DNA of 64,000 nucleotides from Amoebidium appalachense (GCA_963693365.1 CAVNZM010000001.1:4976907-5040906); one strand, 5' to 3'; shown: positions 29,497 to 42,817, counted from the stretch's first letter. A program made the numbers and translations. The notes: generated by a model from the letters alone, not told the origin.

Positions 29497-29771
29497 TACG
29501 GTCGACCAAAATTACCCGTGAATTTTAACAAACCAACTTCGCGTTTTTGGGCGGACTGTTAAGCTAATAATTATAAGCTATTCCTGGATGCAGATTATGA
29601 CTATAGAGTTACTGACCTTCAAGCATGTAAACAATTTTATAGACAATCTATCATCCAAAAGTCTTTGAAAAAAACCATTCATGCCTTTTTTTTGAATTCT
29701 GTAACCTCCATACTGCCCCCCAAGTCCACCAGTTCCACCTCAACCGTTTGGATGCATGGCCAATCGCCGTA
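29497..29771. mobile_element. Putative ~275-bp non-autonomous IS3EU-type element
   Basis: Termini TACGGTCGA... and ...TCGCCGTA. CAATGA flanks both sides (29490-29495 and 29772-29777), with one extra T at 29496. This fits the TAY..RTA ends and 6-bp TSD described for IS3EU. Confidence 0.45.
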
Positions 29772-29832
29772 CAATGAAATTCAGCAGTAGGTGCCGGCAT
29801 AGTCAACCAACCTGATGCCGGCACATGTACAC

Positions 29833-30454
29833 CAGGGATGTGTCGGGTTGGGTCGACCCGAGAACCAACCCGGACGGGTCGGCGTTACCCAACCCCGACC
29901 CGGGGCATTTTTGCCCAAACCCGGTCAGCTTTATGACCCGGCGGGTCAGACCCGTACCCAGCCCGACCGATGGCTCTGACCCGGTCAGGTCCTGCCGGGT
30001 CAGGGTAAAGCATGATATATTAACTATAATAAGTAGTAAATTTGGATTGATAATTGGTTTTTTTCAGGGATTGCACAGTGAACTAATGAACTAATAACAA
30101 TACAATATTTTAATCATGTCCATATATGGTAGTAAAAACATTGCCGAGGCATAGTTAGCTACAGTAGTAGAGTACTGAGGCTAGGCTAGCGCTTTAATAT
30201 AAAAAGAGATAGAAAAAGAAAAAGAAAAAAGAGAGAGACAATCGTAACTGCTGTGCACGTTACGTTGTGTTTGCTTTAGTCACCACTACCAAGCTGTATA
30301 TAATCAAGTAATCCGCAAGCACACACATGAGCACTGTCTGTTCACATGTAGACACCATGCGTGGAAAAGCCACACACACACCGCGAGCACATGTGCACAC
30401 ACAGCACGCACGCACGCACGCACGCACGCAAGCATATCACACACACACACACGT

Positions 30455-30494
<40 letters not shown>

Positions 30495-30700
30495 ATACAT
30501 GTACACACGTATATGGCCAGTCCGGGCGAACACCCGAGGTTTTCGCATTTGGTAACCCGCGGGTCAACCCGATCACAAGGGTCCAAGACCCAAGAACCAA
30601 CCCGGTCCGGACCGAAAAAAAGATGACCCGGCCCGAGATCCACCCGGCCTTTGCCTAAACCCGCCCGAGACCCACCCGGCCAGTGACCGACACATCCCTG
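29833..30700. mobile_element. Non-autonomous hAT element (868 bp)
   Basis: Perfect 14-bp TIRs CAGGGATGTGTCGG / CCGACACATCCCTG, perfect 8-bp TSD ATGTACAC (29825-29832 and 30701-30708), dense subterminal ACCCG/CGGGT motifs, no ORF. Confidence 0.95.
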
Positions 30701-30751
30701 ATGTACACACAAATGTTGACTTCTGCAAACAACTTCCCTCTCAGTGCAAAA

Positions 30752-31352
30752 ATGGCCGCTGCCGGTGTGGGCGGCGTGCACCCAAGGGGGCAGCATTTAC
30801 CAACTGTTAGCGGGTATATCAGCTCTGTTGTCAGGACAGTAGAGGTGGCAGCAAGCGTGTACGCCGCTGACCACACGCTTGACAACTGTGAAAAGCTTAT
30901 CGATGCCCTGGATGACCTCTTGTTAATGATCGATGCACTAGAACCCTTTCTGCCCCACGAGCAACGCACCAGCTTGTTAGATATAGCAACATCAGCATAC
31001 AACTTTGTCACTAAGGAAAAAGATTTCCTTGACAGTTCTTCACCCGACTGGGCACAATTTGCAACTCTCGAGCGTAATGGCGGACGTGGTGCGCCTAAGA
31101 TTTGTATCTCGAGATCGGCTGATGTTCTTCGAGACTTAATTGACTTCGGATATTCTCAAGTCGATTTGGCTGGGATGTTTGGTGTTAGCAGAGACACCAT
31201 AGCGCGCAGGTTGCAGGAGGAAGGCATTGACCCTAATTCACGGATACCCTTTGCAACCATTGTTGAAATAGTGAGACAGTGCAACGAAAATGATCCGTAT
31301 TATGGAGTTGTTGCAACGCAAGGGAAGCTACGCAGCATGGTGGGTGTAAATG

Positions 31353-31389
<37 letters not shown>

Positions 31390-32374
31390 ACATGTCCCAC
31401 ACAACGTGACAATGGCACTCACCAGCACCCACACCCTCATCTCCTACACATATGCACCGTCACACACACTCACAAGTGGCAAACACATGCTTCCCCCCCC
31501 CCCATCCCCCCGAGCCCCCCCCCCCCCCCCCCCACCTACCCACCACCCACCACCACCACCACCACCACCACCACCACGTGCACCACACACACACACACAC
31601 ACACACAACTCAACGGCACACACACGTTACACAGACATGCACACATACACATATAGCTGAGCTTCTCCCCTGGCACACCCAAACACACACGATTATACAA
31701 GCACACCTAGGCGCACTGTTGTGCATCTGAGCGACGCATTGAAGCACGTACCATTATTGCCCACTCTCGTTGAAATTTATAAACTTAACACACATCATTG
31801 GCATATACAGCAACATACAAATTAATCATAAAATAACCATTGTTAAAAAAAATTACCAGGGGCTGCGGGTGCCAAGGGCTCAAGTGCGTGATGCACTACG
31901 TGTTGTTAACCCTCTGGGTACACTAGCGAGAAATTCATATGCAGTTGTTCGACGTGCCTACAATGTGGCTGGGCCAAATCATCTATGGCACCAGGATGGC
32001 AACCACAAGTTCATTCGGTGGCAACTTGTCATACACGGCATGATAGATGGATATTCCCGGTAAGCAGCCCTTGGTGCTGAACATGACAACGTTGCATGCT
32101 AACCAAGTACCTGGCATTTCTAATTCGTAAGCTTTTTTTTTAGTATACAGAAGCTGTATTTATATCACGGCCAAGGCTGTGGTGTGCATGTATGAAAAAC
32201 CCTATTTTGAAAACAGGCTATACCAGCTTACATCCTGCTGACACTATTGCAGTGATTGCCAGCACGTAGGTGCTACTGTGTGGAGGAACCTAGAAGGGCG
32301 TGTTGCCTAAAAACATAAATAATTCTCTTGATGGGGAATTCGTGGCACTCACCTGCATTCTGCATGTAACATCA

Positions 32375-32428
<54 letters not shown>

Positions 32429-32600
32429 CCTCTCTCTCTCTCTCTCTCTCTCTCTATCAGACTCTCTCTCTCCCTCTCTCTCTCTCTCTCAGACTCTTCT
32501 CTCTCTCTCTCTCAGTCTCTATGTCTCCGAGGCTCTCTTTGGCTATCTCTCTCTCTCTTTCTCCGGATCCCCCCCCCCCCCCTCGAGACAAAGTTGATGA

Positions 32601-32636
<36 letters not shown>

Positions 32637-34208
32637 CCCCCCTCCTTCCCCCAAGTTTTTCGCCTGCATCTTTCTTTCCTTTCCTAGTCAAACTTCGTTT
32701 TCGGAGGGGGAAGGGGGGGGGGGGGGGGGGTTCTTCGTGTTTATTATTACTTTCTTATTATTGCCCTAATTGCTGGGTTGATTGGTTTTTATTTCCTTCA
32801 AGTCACTCTTGAATTTGACATTAAATCAATGACATTCATCTGATTGGTCTGTTTGCTTCCTTGCCCCCCCTCCCCCGCCCCATCCCCTTCCTCCTCCACC
32901 CCCCCCCCTCCCCCTCCTCCTCCACCCCCCCCCCCCCCTCCCCCCACCCCCCAATCCCCCCAGTCCCCCCGTTTATCCTTTGTCCTCCCCCACCTAAAAA
33001 TGCCCTCCCCCTCCGCCCCTGTCTTCCTTCTTCCCTACCCTCCCCTCCCTTCAGCTCCTCCTTCCAGCATTCATCTCTCCTACCGTCAAGAGAGTCAGTA
33101 CTATGTTGAAATGTTTCCAAACCAAACAAATAAACTTTCTGCAATTAAGATTTAGTGCACTATACTACTGTTTATTACATCTAGTTCTCTTTCGAACTCC
33201 GTTACTTATTACATCTAGTTCTCTTTCGAACTCCGTTACTCTATGTGCCCCCCCCCCCCCCTCCCCCCCCCCCGACAAAAAAAAAAAAGTATGTTTTTCT
33301 CCCCCCACCTCTTTTCGTGCGTCTTCGATATGGCATGTCGTGCGACCGTGCATGCACACACACAAATGCAGGGGTGCACACAGGCCAGGTACACATAAAC
33401 TTTGTGCACACTCGTGTGCATGCACAAGCTTGTGCACATGAAAACCGCCTTGCATATACACACGTACACGTGCACACACGTGCATAGATCGCGTGCACGT
33501 GCGAGAACATAGGCACATGGGCACTCACAATCACACAAACACTGTCCACACAGAGTGGGCACTGAATGTTCATAGGAACACCCAAACCCACAAGCACCAA
33601 ACACACAAACATTGTGCACCCACACACACACACTGTGTGCAGGCACGTGCGCATTTACGCCATGCCGCACATACATACATGTGCACACACACAGCCACAC
33701 TGCGCATGCATATGCAAAGAATTAGGCACACACGTGTTGTGCATTCGCACAAGTCGCATTTATGAAACGGCAAACGCTCATGCACATGTTCCACACATCT
33801 TTTGTCTCGTTTGTCCCACTCAGAATAATCACACTGGCAGCTTGTTATGGTACTAGGCAAAAAAAAAATAAAGACCACTATGGCTTAAACAGTGTGTCTT
33901 CTTCCACTCCATGCCACGCAGGCGTGTCGTGTACCTGCACCTTGCTGACAACAACCGTGCTGAAACCCCCGGAGCGCAGTTTGATCTTGCGGTGCAACCA
34001 GATGCCTTTGGGTGCCCGCTGCGTGTGCGCGGGGATCTTGGAACGGAGAATAATGATGTAGAAGCTGCCATGGTGCGCCTGCGTGGACATGGAAGCTATA
34101 TTCGCGGCCGGTCCGTGCACAATCAGAGAATTGAAAGGTAAAGAATGTGCTTTTATGGGTGATATAAGGGACACACGAATAGATGCATGCTTAAACTATT
34201 CAAAACTA

Positions 34209-34248
<40 letters not shown>

Positions 34249-34627
34249 CTCCCCGGTTCCCCAAACATCCCTAGGCCAGTCACATAGGACTAAACGAAAA
34301 AGGTCAATTATTGATCAATGGGGCACGGAATATTCCGAATACACTCTGCACAAGAAATAAAAACCGATGGCAGCTGCTTTTTTATTCCTTTGTTTTTGGG
34401 GGGGGAAGGGGGGGGGGGAGGGTGGGGGGGATTGTGAAATTTACACCCTCGCGTCCATGCGCACGTTAAGATACTCCCCCCCTCCCACCCTCCCCACCCC
34501 CGTCCGCTCCCCTCTTCCATCCTCCTCCTTTCCCCCCTCCCCCCCCCTCATATCCCCCAACCCTATTCCCTGAACCCCAACCTCCCAAATCCCTCCCCCC
34601 CCCCCCCCCCCCCTCCCCATACCCCCT

Positions 34628-34664
<37 letters not shown>

Positions 34665-35794
34665 CCCCTCCCCACTCCCTAAACCTGATCGCTCATAAAC
34701 CCTTCTTCCCCTCCACGCCCCCACCTCCCCCTTTGAAGGGGAAAAAAAAGTCACCCTCCTTTCATTTCCCACCACGACTGTCCCCTCCATTCCCCAACCC
34801 CCTTCCAGCCCAAATACCACACTATGCACATAACCTGAGAATGCCTGGGGCAGGAGAGAGAAGATGGGGGGAGGCCCTGGTTGGGTGGGTAGGAAAGATG
34901 CAAATCTTACAGAGGAACCGTATTGCTGCAACAGGTCTTGATAAAAAGAAGATCCTGGAGGTAGATAGATGCCATCCACTTCCCCCCCCCCCCCCCCTGG
35001 GGGGTGAGAGTTAAGGAGAGAGGGAGGGAGGGAGGACGGGAGGGAGGGAGGGATAGAGGAAAGGAGGGAGGGAGGGGAGGGAGGGAGAGGGAGAGGAAGG
35101 GGGTGGGGGAGGGGGTGGGAGATGGTGGAAGGGAGGGAGGGATGGTGGGATGGTGGGTAGGTGGGTAGGGGGAGGGAAGGACGGACGGAGGGAGGGAGGG
35201 AGGGAGAAAGAGAGTGAGAGAGAGAGAGAGAGAGGGGGGGGGGGGGGGGTGGATGTTGAACGGCCCTTAATTCTTTTCTTCCATATCTGCAGATTGTGGA
35301 GGGATGTATTTTCCATGTGTACACGTCTGTTCTGGGAGCTTTTTATGCTGATGGAAGCAGAGGGTTTGCTGGATCCGAACAACAAAATCCATCTCTTTTG
35401 TCTGCAGATTGTTTTCAAGCCTCGCATGCGGGCTGCTCTGGATAGATTCAGAGCCATGTGGGACAATCATGCATTGTCAACAGAACACAACAAGACCCCT
35501 CTACAGCTGTGGCTTGAGGGTCGACATCCAAATCCGACAGACCCACCCGAGGTCGTGGAGGAGAACGAGTATGGTGTGTTTGCAGATATTCCTTCAGGGG
35601 AAGACAACGAAACAGTGCATTTAGATCCTCCCCGGTGGAATGTGCTGACAGACGAGCCGCTGCCTGTAATGTATGGAGTATTGCATGCCGAGTATGGCAG
35701 CACATTCCCATTGCAAACCTGTGAGGACCACGGTGTTTCCATGTACTTGCGTGCCTTGGAATGTGTTAATGCGATATGGCTTGGCTCACAGTAG
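30752..35794 (+). CDS. IS3EU-type DDE transposase / integrase-core protein, 4 exons, ~501 aa, frame intact
   Basis: Exons 30752-31339, 31860-32059, 33922-34137, 35293-35794 are phase-consistent GT-AG. N-terminal HTH GYSQVDLAGMFGVSRDTIARRL; core PNHLWHQDGNHKFIRWQLVIHGMIDGYSR, LRVRGDLGTEN, GRSVHNQRIERLWRDV, WDNHALSTEHNKTPLQLW. Confidence 0.92.
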
Positions 35795-35961
35795 TTGCAT
35801 ATTTTTGCACGAGTGTGTTGTGGGTTGCATTGAATTCTGCATATAGGAGCCTTGCAGGGGCAGAATGCGGAGCGAAGAGAACACAACGTTTGTGGGTTGG
35901 CTTGTGATGCGGGGGGAAAGGAGAGATGGGGGGGGGGGGGGAGGGGGGAGGGGGGGGGGGG

Positions 35962-36763
35962 GGTTGAATGCGTTAAAAAGTACGAAGTACACAAGAACAA
36001 ACGGACAACACGATGCAGAATGCAAGCCATACATAAAGAGTATGCATAATAAGCAGAGCCCATCCTCAGGGGGGGCCCACGTCATCCACAGTACCCGAGT
36101 TTCGACCTATTCACCTCGTTAACGAAACCCAACTCAGATACTGTTTCACTTGAACATGGGTAGGTCACCCGTCTTGATCAGAGACGAGCAGGGTTGATTA
36201 TGCAGGCAAGGGCAGTGGGAAAGGCCGGGGGTTAAAGTTGCAGCAGTAAGCAGAAGCAAGAAAAATATAGATAGGAACTCAGGAGACGGGGCTTCTAGGA
36301 AGCTCCCCCGTCGATACCTAAGTCGATACTTCCCTGGCTAACATACTACACCAGCTGAAAAGAATTAAGTCCCGAAGGCCGCAGAATTCGCAATCAGAGG
36401 GGAAAATATGAGATTTGACCCACGCCGCAGGGTAGTAACACGCTTACTAGGGCGGAACTTTATCGTCTTTGAACGGAAAGCTATGCCCCCGGATGTCAGC
36501 CGGAAATATGGTATCACCCATTGCTTTGGGCTTGAAAAAAGCCAAACCGATAGTCCGAGTTATGTTACGCCGGCGGGTAACATGCTGCATGGGTTCCAAG
36601 GGAGCAGTCGCCAACAGAGCGGTGTGTGCATGTGTGCGGGTAACGCAATGTGTGACGTGTGTCTATAGCTATGAAAGGGGGTATGCAGAAGTGGGCAGAT
36701 GAAGTGTGTGGAGAGAAAAACAGTAAGAAGAAAAGTAGACACCGGTATGTGCAACCCCGCACA

Positions 36764-36806
<43 letters not shown>

Positions 36807-36879
36807 AATAAGCGAAGATTACAGGTAATCAACCAGAACAACAAATGACAAGCAAAACAGCAGGCGCCAAAAAAAAAAA

Positions 36880-36929
<50 letters not shown>

Positions 36930-37335
36930 GGGGGGGGGGAGAGAGAGAGGGAGAGAGAGAAAGGTGGGGGGGGGGGGGGGGAGGGGGAGGAACGAGGGGG
37001 ATGGTGGTCTTAGGGATGCTGCAGAATCGTCAGATATTAGACAAATCGTACCAATACGATCATTCTCTCATATATAAGAGAAGATTGTGACTAACGATGT
37101 GCAGAGCTGGTTAAGACCTGTTGAGTGTGCAGAGAAAATGGGAGGGGAAGGAGGAGGGGAAGGGGGGGGGGGGGGTTGAAGTAAGAGAGGGGAGGGAATG
37201 TTAGAGTGTCAGTAGTCTCAGCAGGGGACCCTGCAGAGTCGTTAGATATCAGACAAAAACGCACCAACGACCAAGTTCTCCAAGGGGAGAAATGCGTAAA
37301 ACGTTCTGCAGAGTGGGTTAGAGACCTGCTGATGA
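35962..37335 (-). mobile_element. Longest copy (copy A) of a structured non-coding dispersed repeat
   Basis: 35962-37150 is the reverse complement of about 61555-62850, near-identical outside the simple repeats. It carries an extra paralogous hairpin unit at 37218-37332. Confidence 0.88.
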
Positions 37336-37525
37336 GAAGAGTGTATACAGGGTTTGGCCAGGGGGGGGGGGGGGGGGGGGGGGAAGGGGGGGGGGAAAGA
37401 AGGCAGGAGGGAAAGGGGGGGGGGGGGGGGGGGAGTAGGCCGGGGAAGGGCGAAGGGCGAAGGGCGAAGGGAGGGGAGGGAGGGAGGGAGGGAGGGGGGG
37501 GGGGGGGGGGGGGGGAGGGGGGGAG

Positions 37526-37559
<34 letters not shown>

Positions 37560-38037
37560 TGGTGGACAGATCAGAGATGAGAGCTCCATTTCAAAACTTA
37601 CCAGGCAACCCAAAAACTTAGCCGGCTGAGAAAGAAGAACGGCGGGGGAATTGTTTGGGAAAAGGAGCGGCGGGAGAGAGGGGGGGGAGGGGGAGGGGGG
37701 AGAGAGGGGGAGAGGGAGAGAGAGGGAGAGGGAGGGAGAGAACGAGAAAGAACGAAGAGAGAGAGAGAGAGGGAGACAGACAGAGAGAGAGAGGGAGGGA
37801 GAGAGAGAGAGAGAGGGAGGGAGAGAGGGAGGGAGGGGGGGGAGGGGGGAGGGGGAGGGGGCTGGTAGGGGGGGGGGGGGGGGGGGGGGGGGGAATCGGG
37901 ATAAGAGTGGGGGACTAGGGAGTGTTGATCTTTTTAGTGATGATGGAGAGTATGTGAGAGGAGTGAACGCCACGGTATATGTGCGGGTGTGTGGCGAGAA
38001 AGCTGTGCATTTTGTTGTGCAAGAGTCTAAAAGAGTA

Positions 38038-38080
<43 letters not shown>

Positions 38081-39705
38081 CTGGGGCAGGGAATAGGGTA
38101 TTCAAAAGGAGGAGGGAAGAGTTTGGGTGAATGTTTTCAGATCAAACTTACAAGCTAGTTTGTTTGGTAGCCACATAGAGTAACCGGCGAGATTCATGAT
38201 GTTGAAGGGTTATGCATGAAAGGGGCTATGGAGCTGTTGGGAATAGGTTTTTTGCTACATACACACACACGCTGGATACTGTGGCCATGGCGCAAGCACG
38301 CACGTAATCAGGCTAAGCAAACACAAGCATGAAAGGACTTGCAGACGAGCAGATATGGGTGCGCACACACAAAAAAATCTCCTCTGTTTTGCATTGGTTT
38401 TGCTGGTTCTGACGGTCTCTCTCTTTTTTTTTATATTTTTTTCTCAGTGTTTTTTTGCTTTGTTTTGTTTTGCTTAGTATAGGGGAGGGGCGGGGAGGGA
38501 GGTATGTTGGGGTGTGTGTGGTAGAGGGTGTGGGGGGTGGGGGGGGAAGGGTGAGGGGACGGGGGGTATTTACAGCGGTGTTTTCGGTTGTAGTGATTGC
38601 ATACTCACATGCAAAGTTTCAACAAAGCTAATATTAGACAGTTTGATGTGCATCCAGGCCATGATTTATGGCCATGATTTATGAATGAGATAAGACACCA
38701 GGTCCGGAGTAGCACAGCCATTTCGATTTTATTTCCATTTTTTTCGTTGGTTGATAACCATGGGGTATGAAAAACATGAGCTATATATAAAATTTAAAGA
38801 AATGTCACAATAAATGAATATAAATAAATGGCTATGGAACTTTGTCGAACTGTAAACATGCAAACTCAGCAATCGTGCATTGCAACCAAGCATAGCTAGC
38901 CAAACCAGTGACCAACCTCCAAAACAAAAAAAAAGAAAAAAAAAAAAAGAAAGAAAGCCAAGTTACCAACCAACCAAAAAATTAAAACATGTATCACGAT
39001 GTTTGTCAACATATGCGTGTGAGAAGGCTACAATAGCTGATTCATTGAGACAGGATAATACATACAATTTGACAAGGGATTATATACACAGACACGGCGC
39101 AAACTGCGGCCGACCAATAGAACCCCCCCCCCCCCCCTCGCTTTGAAAATGAAGAGCCAGTGGAAGCCACAGGAAACAAAGAATATAGGAGATATACACG
39201 AATAACTGGAGCACTTCTTGCACAAACGACCAAGTCTTGCATGAGAGGAGCAAAGCAAGGAACAGAGATCGATCATCATAGAAGTGTACAGCCCAGCCAC
39301 AGGCACCGTTGCGGGCGCCAGGGAGGGAGGGAGGGAGGGAGGGAGGGAGGGAGGGAGGGAGGGAGGGAGGGGGGGGGGGGGGGGGGGACACCTCGTAGAT
39401 GAATATCAAAACCCAAACATAATCCATATCCATATAGGGTTCACAATATGCCACAAGACATCAAACTGCAATGCACAGATTCTAAATACACCATGCATAA
39501 TGGGTGAAGAGGTCAAGGGATATCACCGAGGCTAGGGACAACGGAAGCAGACAAGCGGAGGTAAAAAATATTACGCAAGGAGGAAAAAAATACATGCCAA
39601 CTCATGTGTTACCATACGTTGGAAGGAAAAAAACACACTCCCGATTGTTCCACCTCCCCTCCATAACATTTAACAGATTTTGTTTCAATACACAAACCCA
39701 AGGGG

Positions 39706-39822
39706 CTATTGTGCCGGCGTACACTCCGTCTTGTGTGTTTGCCACTTTGTGATTTGGCAAAAGCGGGAGCAGAACTGTGTTGTTGTGTTGTGTTGTTGGG
39801 TGGTGGTGGTGGTGGTGGTGGT

Positions 39823-39911
<89 letters not shown>

Positions 39912-40307
39912 GGTCATAGTCAGTTTCAGTACATCATCTACTGTATGGAACATGGCAAGGGTTTAGATGCAGAACAAGGTGGAAAGGGTGCTTCAGAACA
40001 ATGTGGAAAGGGTACGAAGTACAACTACACGATAAGAAACACGGTGCAGGACACAGGGCGTCTAATGGAAAGCAAAAGCAAACAGGCGTCGGTGGTGGTG
40101 GTGTGTGTTAAGAGGGGGGGGGGGGGGGGGGGGGCTAAACCTTTCTGCCGTAGCATCTGCTGCAGACTTTGAGCTTCAGGCCGGCCGTCTCCTTGCGGCC
40201 ACAGGCCTCGTGGGAGCACTGGGACGGCACAGGCAGCAGGTGTCTGCACACAGAGTCAGCATTCACCACTAGTACAACTCAAGGAATAGCAGCCTGTTTG
40301 TTGTTCC

Positions 40308-40345
<38 letters not shown>

Positions 40346-40386
40346 AACCATACCCCACCAAAGAAAAAGAAAAAAAAGACAAAGAG

Positions 40387-40429
<43 letters not shown>

Positions 40430-40461
40430 GGGGGGGGGGAAAGAAAAAGGATAGAAAATGA

Positions 40462-40513
<52 letters not shown>

Positions 40514-41866
40514 AAAAACACCCCGCACACACACCTGCTCGTCTTCATACCCCCAAGCTCCCTAATCGATATAAAATCGTGACAAAGAGAGCTAAGCACG
40601 CAGCCAGTCTGCGTGTGTGGCAGCCTGCATGCGTGTAGTAACGAGAACCACCAGTGTGTGCATGTGTGTATATTTGTGCGTGTGTGTGTATACATGTGCC
40701 TGCATGCAGCCGTGTATCAGTGTGTACGTGTGTGCCCCTGTCTCCGGGGTTGTGACACCATGTGTTCCAGTCACAGCAAAGGTAAATGTACCTTGCAACA
40801 ACGTGGCGTGTAGGGATCTTTCCCGGTGGGGGGTTGACCGTGTTGTGTGCCCGGATGACGGCATTCACAGACGTGATGGCTATCTTCTTCGTCACCTCTA
40901 GCTTCTCTTTGGCCTCCCATCTGCAACCATGCAACCTGTCAGACTCATACACACGAGAACCGATCGGTACAGCACTCACACTTATAAACGTGCCACGATA
41001 AAGAAGAAGAGTCATAAAGACTAACTTGTTGTCACATATCCATGTGTCTTTAGCGTTTCTCAGCGCTGTACCAGAATATTCAAAATCGATTCCCTGCAAA
41101 CGTGCTTCATATACATCCCCAAGGCGTGGAGTCCATGTCAACAACATCCATTATCTCGGTGGGTAGAATCGGTGTATACAAACGATGGAGAAAACTGCAT
41201 ATGAAGTTATAAAGATAGCATATGGAAATTGCTTACAATGGGTCCAAATACATCAAATGATGTATGTAAATTGCTCACAATCGGAATTCAAATATTATCA
41301 GAGTAAACTGCAGGAAGAGGTGGGTAAATGGGCAACGACACACACTGTGAAGGACATGTGAAAACCGCTAAATACCAGTTAATCGCATTTAATTATCATG
41401 ACTATACATAATTTTCTTGTTCCCCTCAAGAGAGCAAGCATAGATGGTGCATATCCCTACTGTGCGCACAATTGTGTGTGTCTGTGTCTCTCTGTATGTG
41501 TCTGTGTTTGTGTGTGCGTGCATGCACCTCCATTTGTTTCCATTTCCTTTTCTGTCCATTGAACAACCTTAATTTTTCTTGGCTTTTCCTCTCATTTCTT
41601 TCCGTTGTAAGTTCTCTTCCTATAATATCAACACTGTAATACTGTAACCGTGGAGAAAGAGGTCATTGGGCGGAGGTTGGGGGGAGGGGGAATCATACTC
41701 GACCAGGGGCACATATTGACCCTGTTGAATCAGATGGCGGATGGGGTCTAGGCACGGTGCATCGCTGTTGTGGGTCAAAATGGCCAGGCTAAAGTAGGAC
41801 GGCATGTGCCCTGTCTGCGCGGCCTGAGACATATACCTCACTCCTTCACACGTGGCATCGGGCGTG

Positions 41867-41937
<71 letters not shown>

Positions 41938-42111
41938 TGTGCGTGCGCACGTGTGTGGGAAGAGGCAACCAGGGCAAGGGGCGGGGCATGGCGAGGGGAG
42001 GCAATGACTGTTAGTAAATCTGTATATCTGGCATGTATGTGTGTGCATGCCTATGTGCAGATGTGAGTGTGAGTATAGTTTAGTGTGGCATGTCCCTTTT
42101 TCTTGTGTGTG

Positions 42112-42151
<40 letters not shown>

Positions 42152-42746
42152 GGTATGTATGTGTGCGTGTGTGAGCACGGGTGTGTGTGTGTGTGAGTAT
42201 ATGTGTTTGTGTGGGTGTGAGTGCGGGTGTGGGCGTGGGTGTGAGTGCAAGCTTGCATGTGTGATGTGTGCAACACATATGCCACCCTTGCACCCACACG
42301 TACGTGAGACCTGTGCACGGTGCATGTGTGCTTGTTTGAACTTTAGTGTGTGGGTGTCCGCATTAGTGGGTGTCATTATCTAAGATGAGCGTGCATGTCC
42401 CTATGTATGCCCAAGAGGGGGGGGGGGGGGGGGGGGGGGGGGGGAGGGGGGGAGGAAGGGGAAGGACGGGATTGGGAGAGAATGGGGACGGGAGGGCATG
42501 AGGGAGGGAAGGGGAGAGCCAAAAACACAGAAAAATGAAGAGAGGCAGTGCGTGCCAGGGAGAGAGAGAGAGGTGGGGGAGAAGCAGGGGGAAGGTTAGT
42601 ACTGCTTCACAGAGTCCGAAGTACACACGACAGACAACATATGCAGATGTTGCAAAGCATACATGGGGGGGGGGGGGGGGGGGGGAGGGGAGGGGGGTTA
42701 CACAATCCAAAAGCTAAAAACAACATGGGGTGGTTATGTGAAAATC

Positions 42747-42817
<71 letters not shown>

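Noticed and set aside
36408-36668. ORF MRFDPRRRVVTRLLGRNF... shared by repeat copies A and B
   Set aside because: Short, no recognisable domain, different C-termini in the two copies; conservation is explained by recent duplication.
36540-37225. Group I intron P7-like words (GATAGTCC, GAGACTAC)
   Set aside because: They lie on opposite strands and no ordered P3-P7 core is evident.
40921-41147. Upstream part of ORF 40545..41147 as an extra F-box gene exon
   Set aside because: The gene splices in frame from 41699 to 40920 without it.
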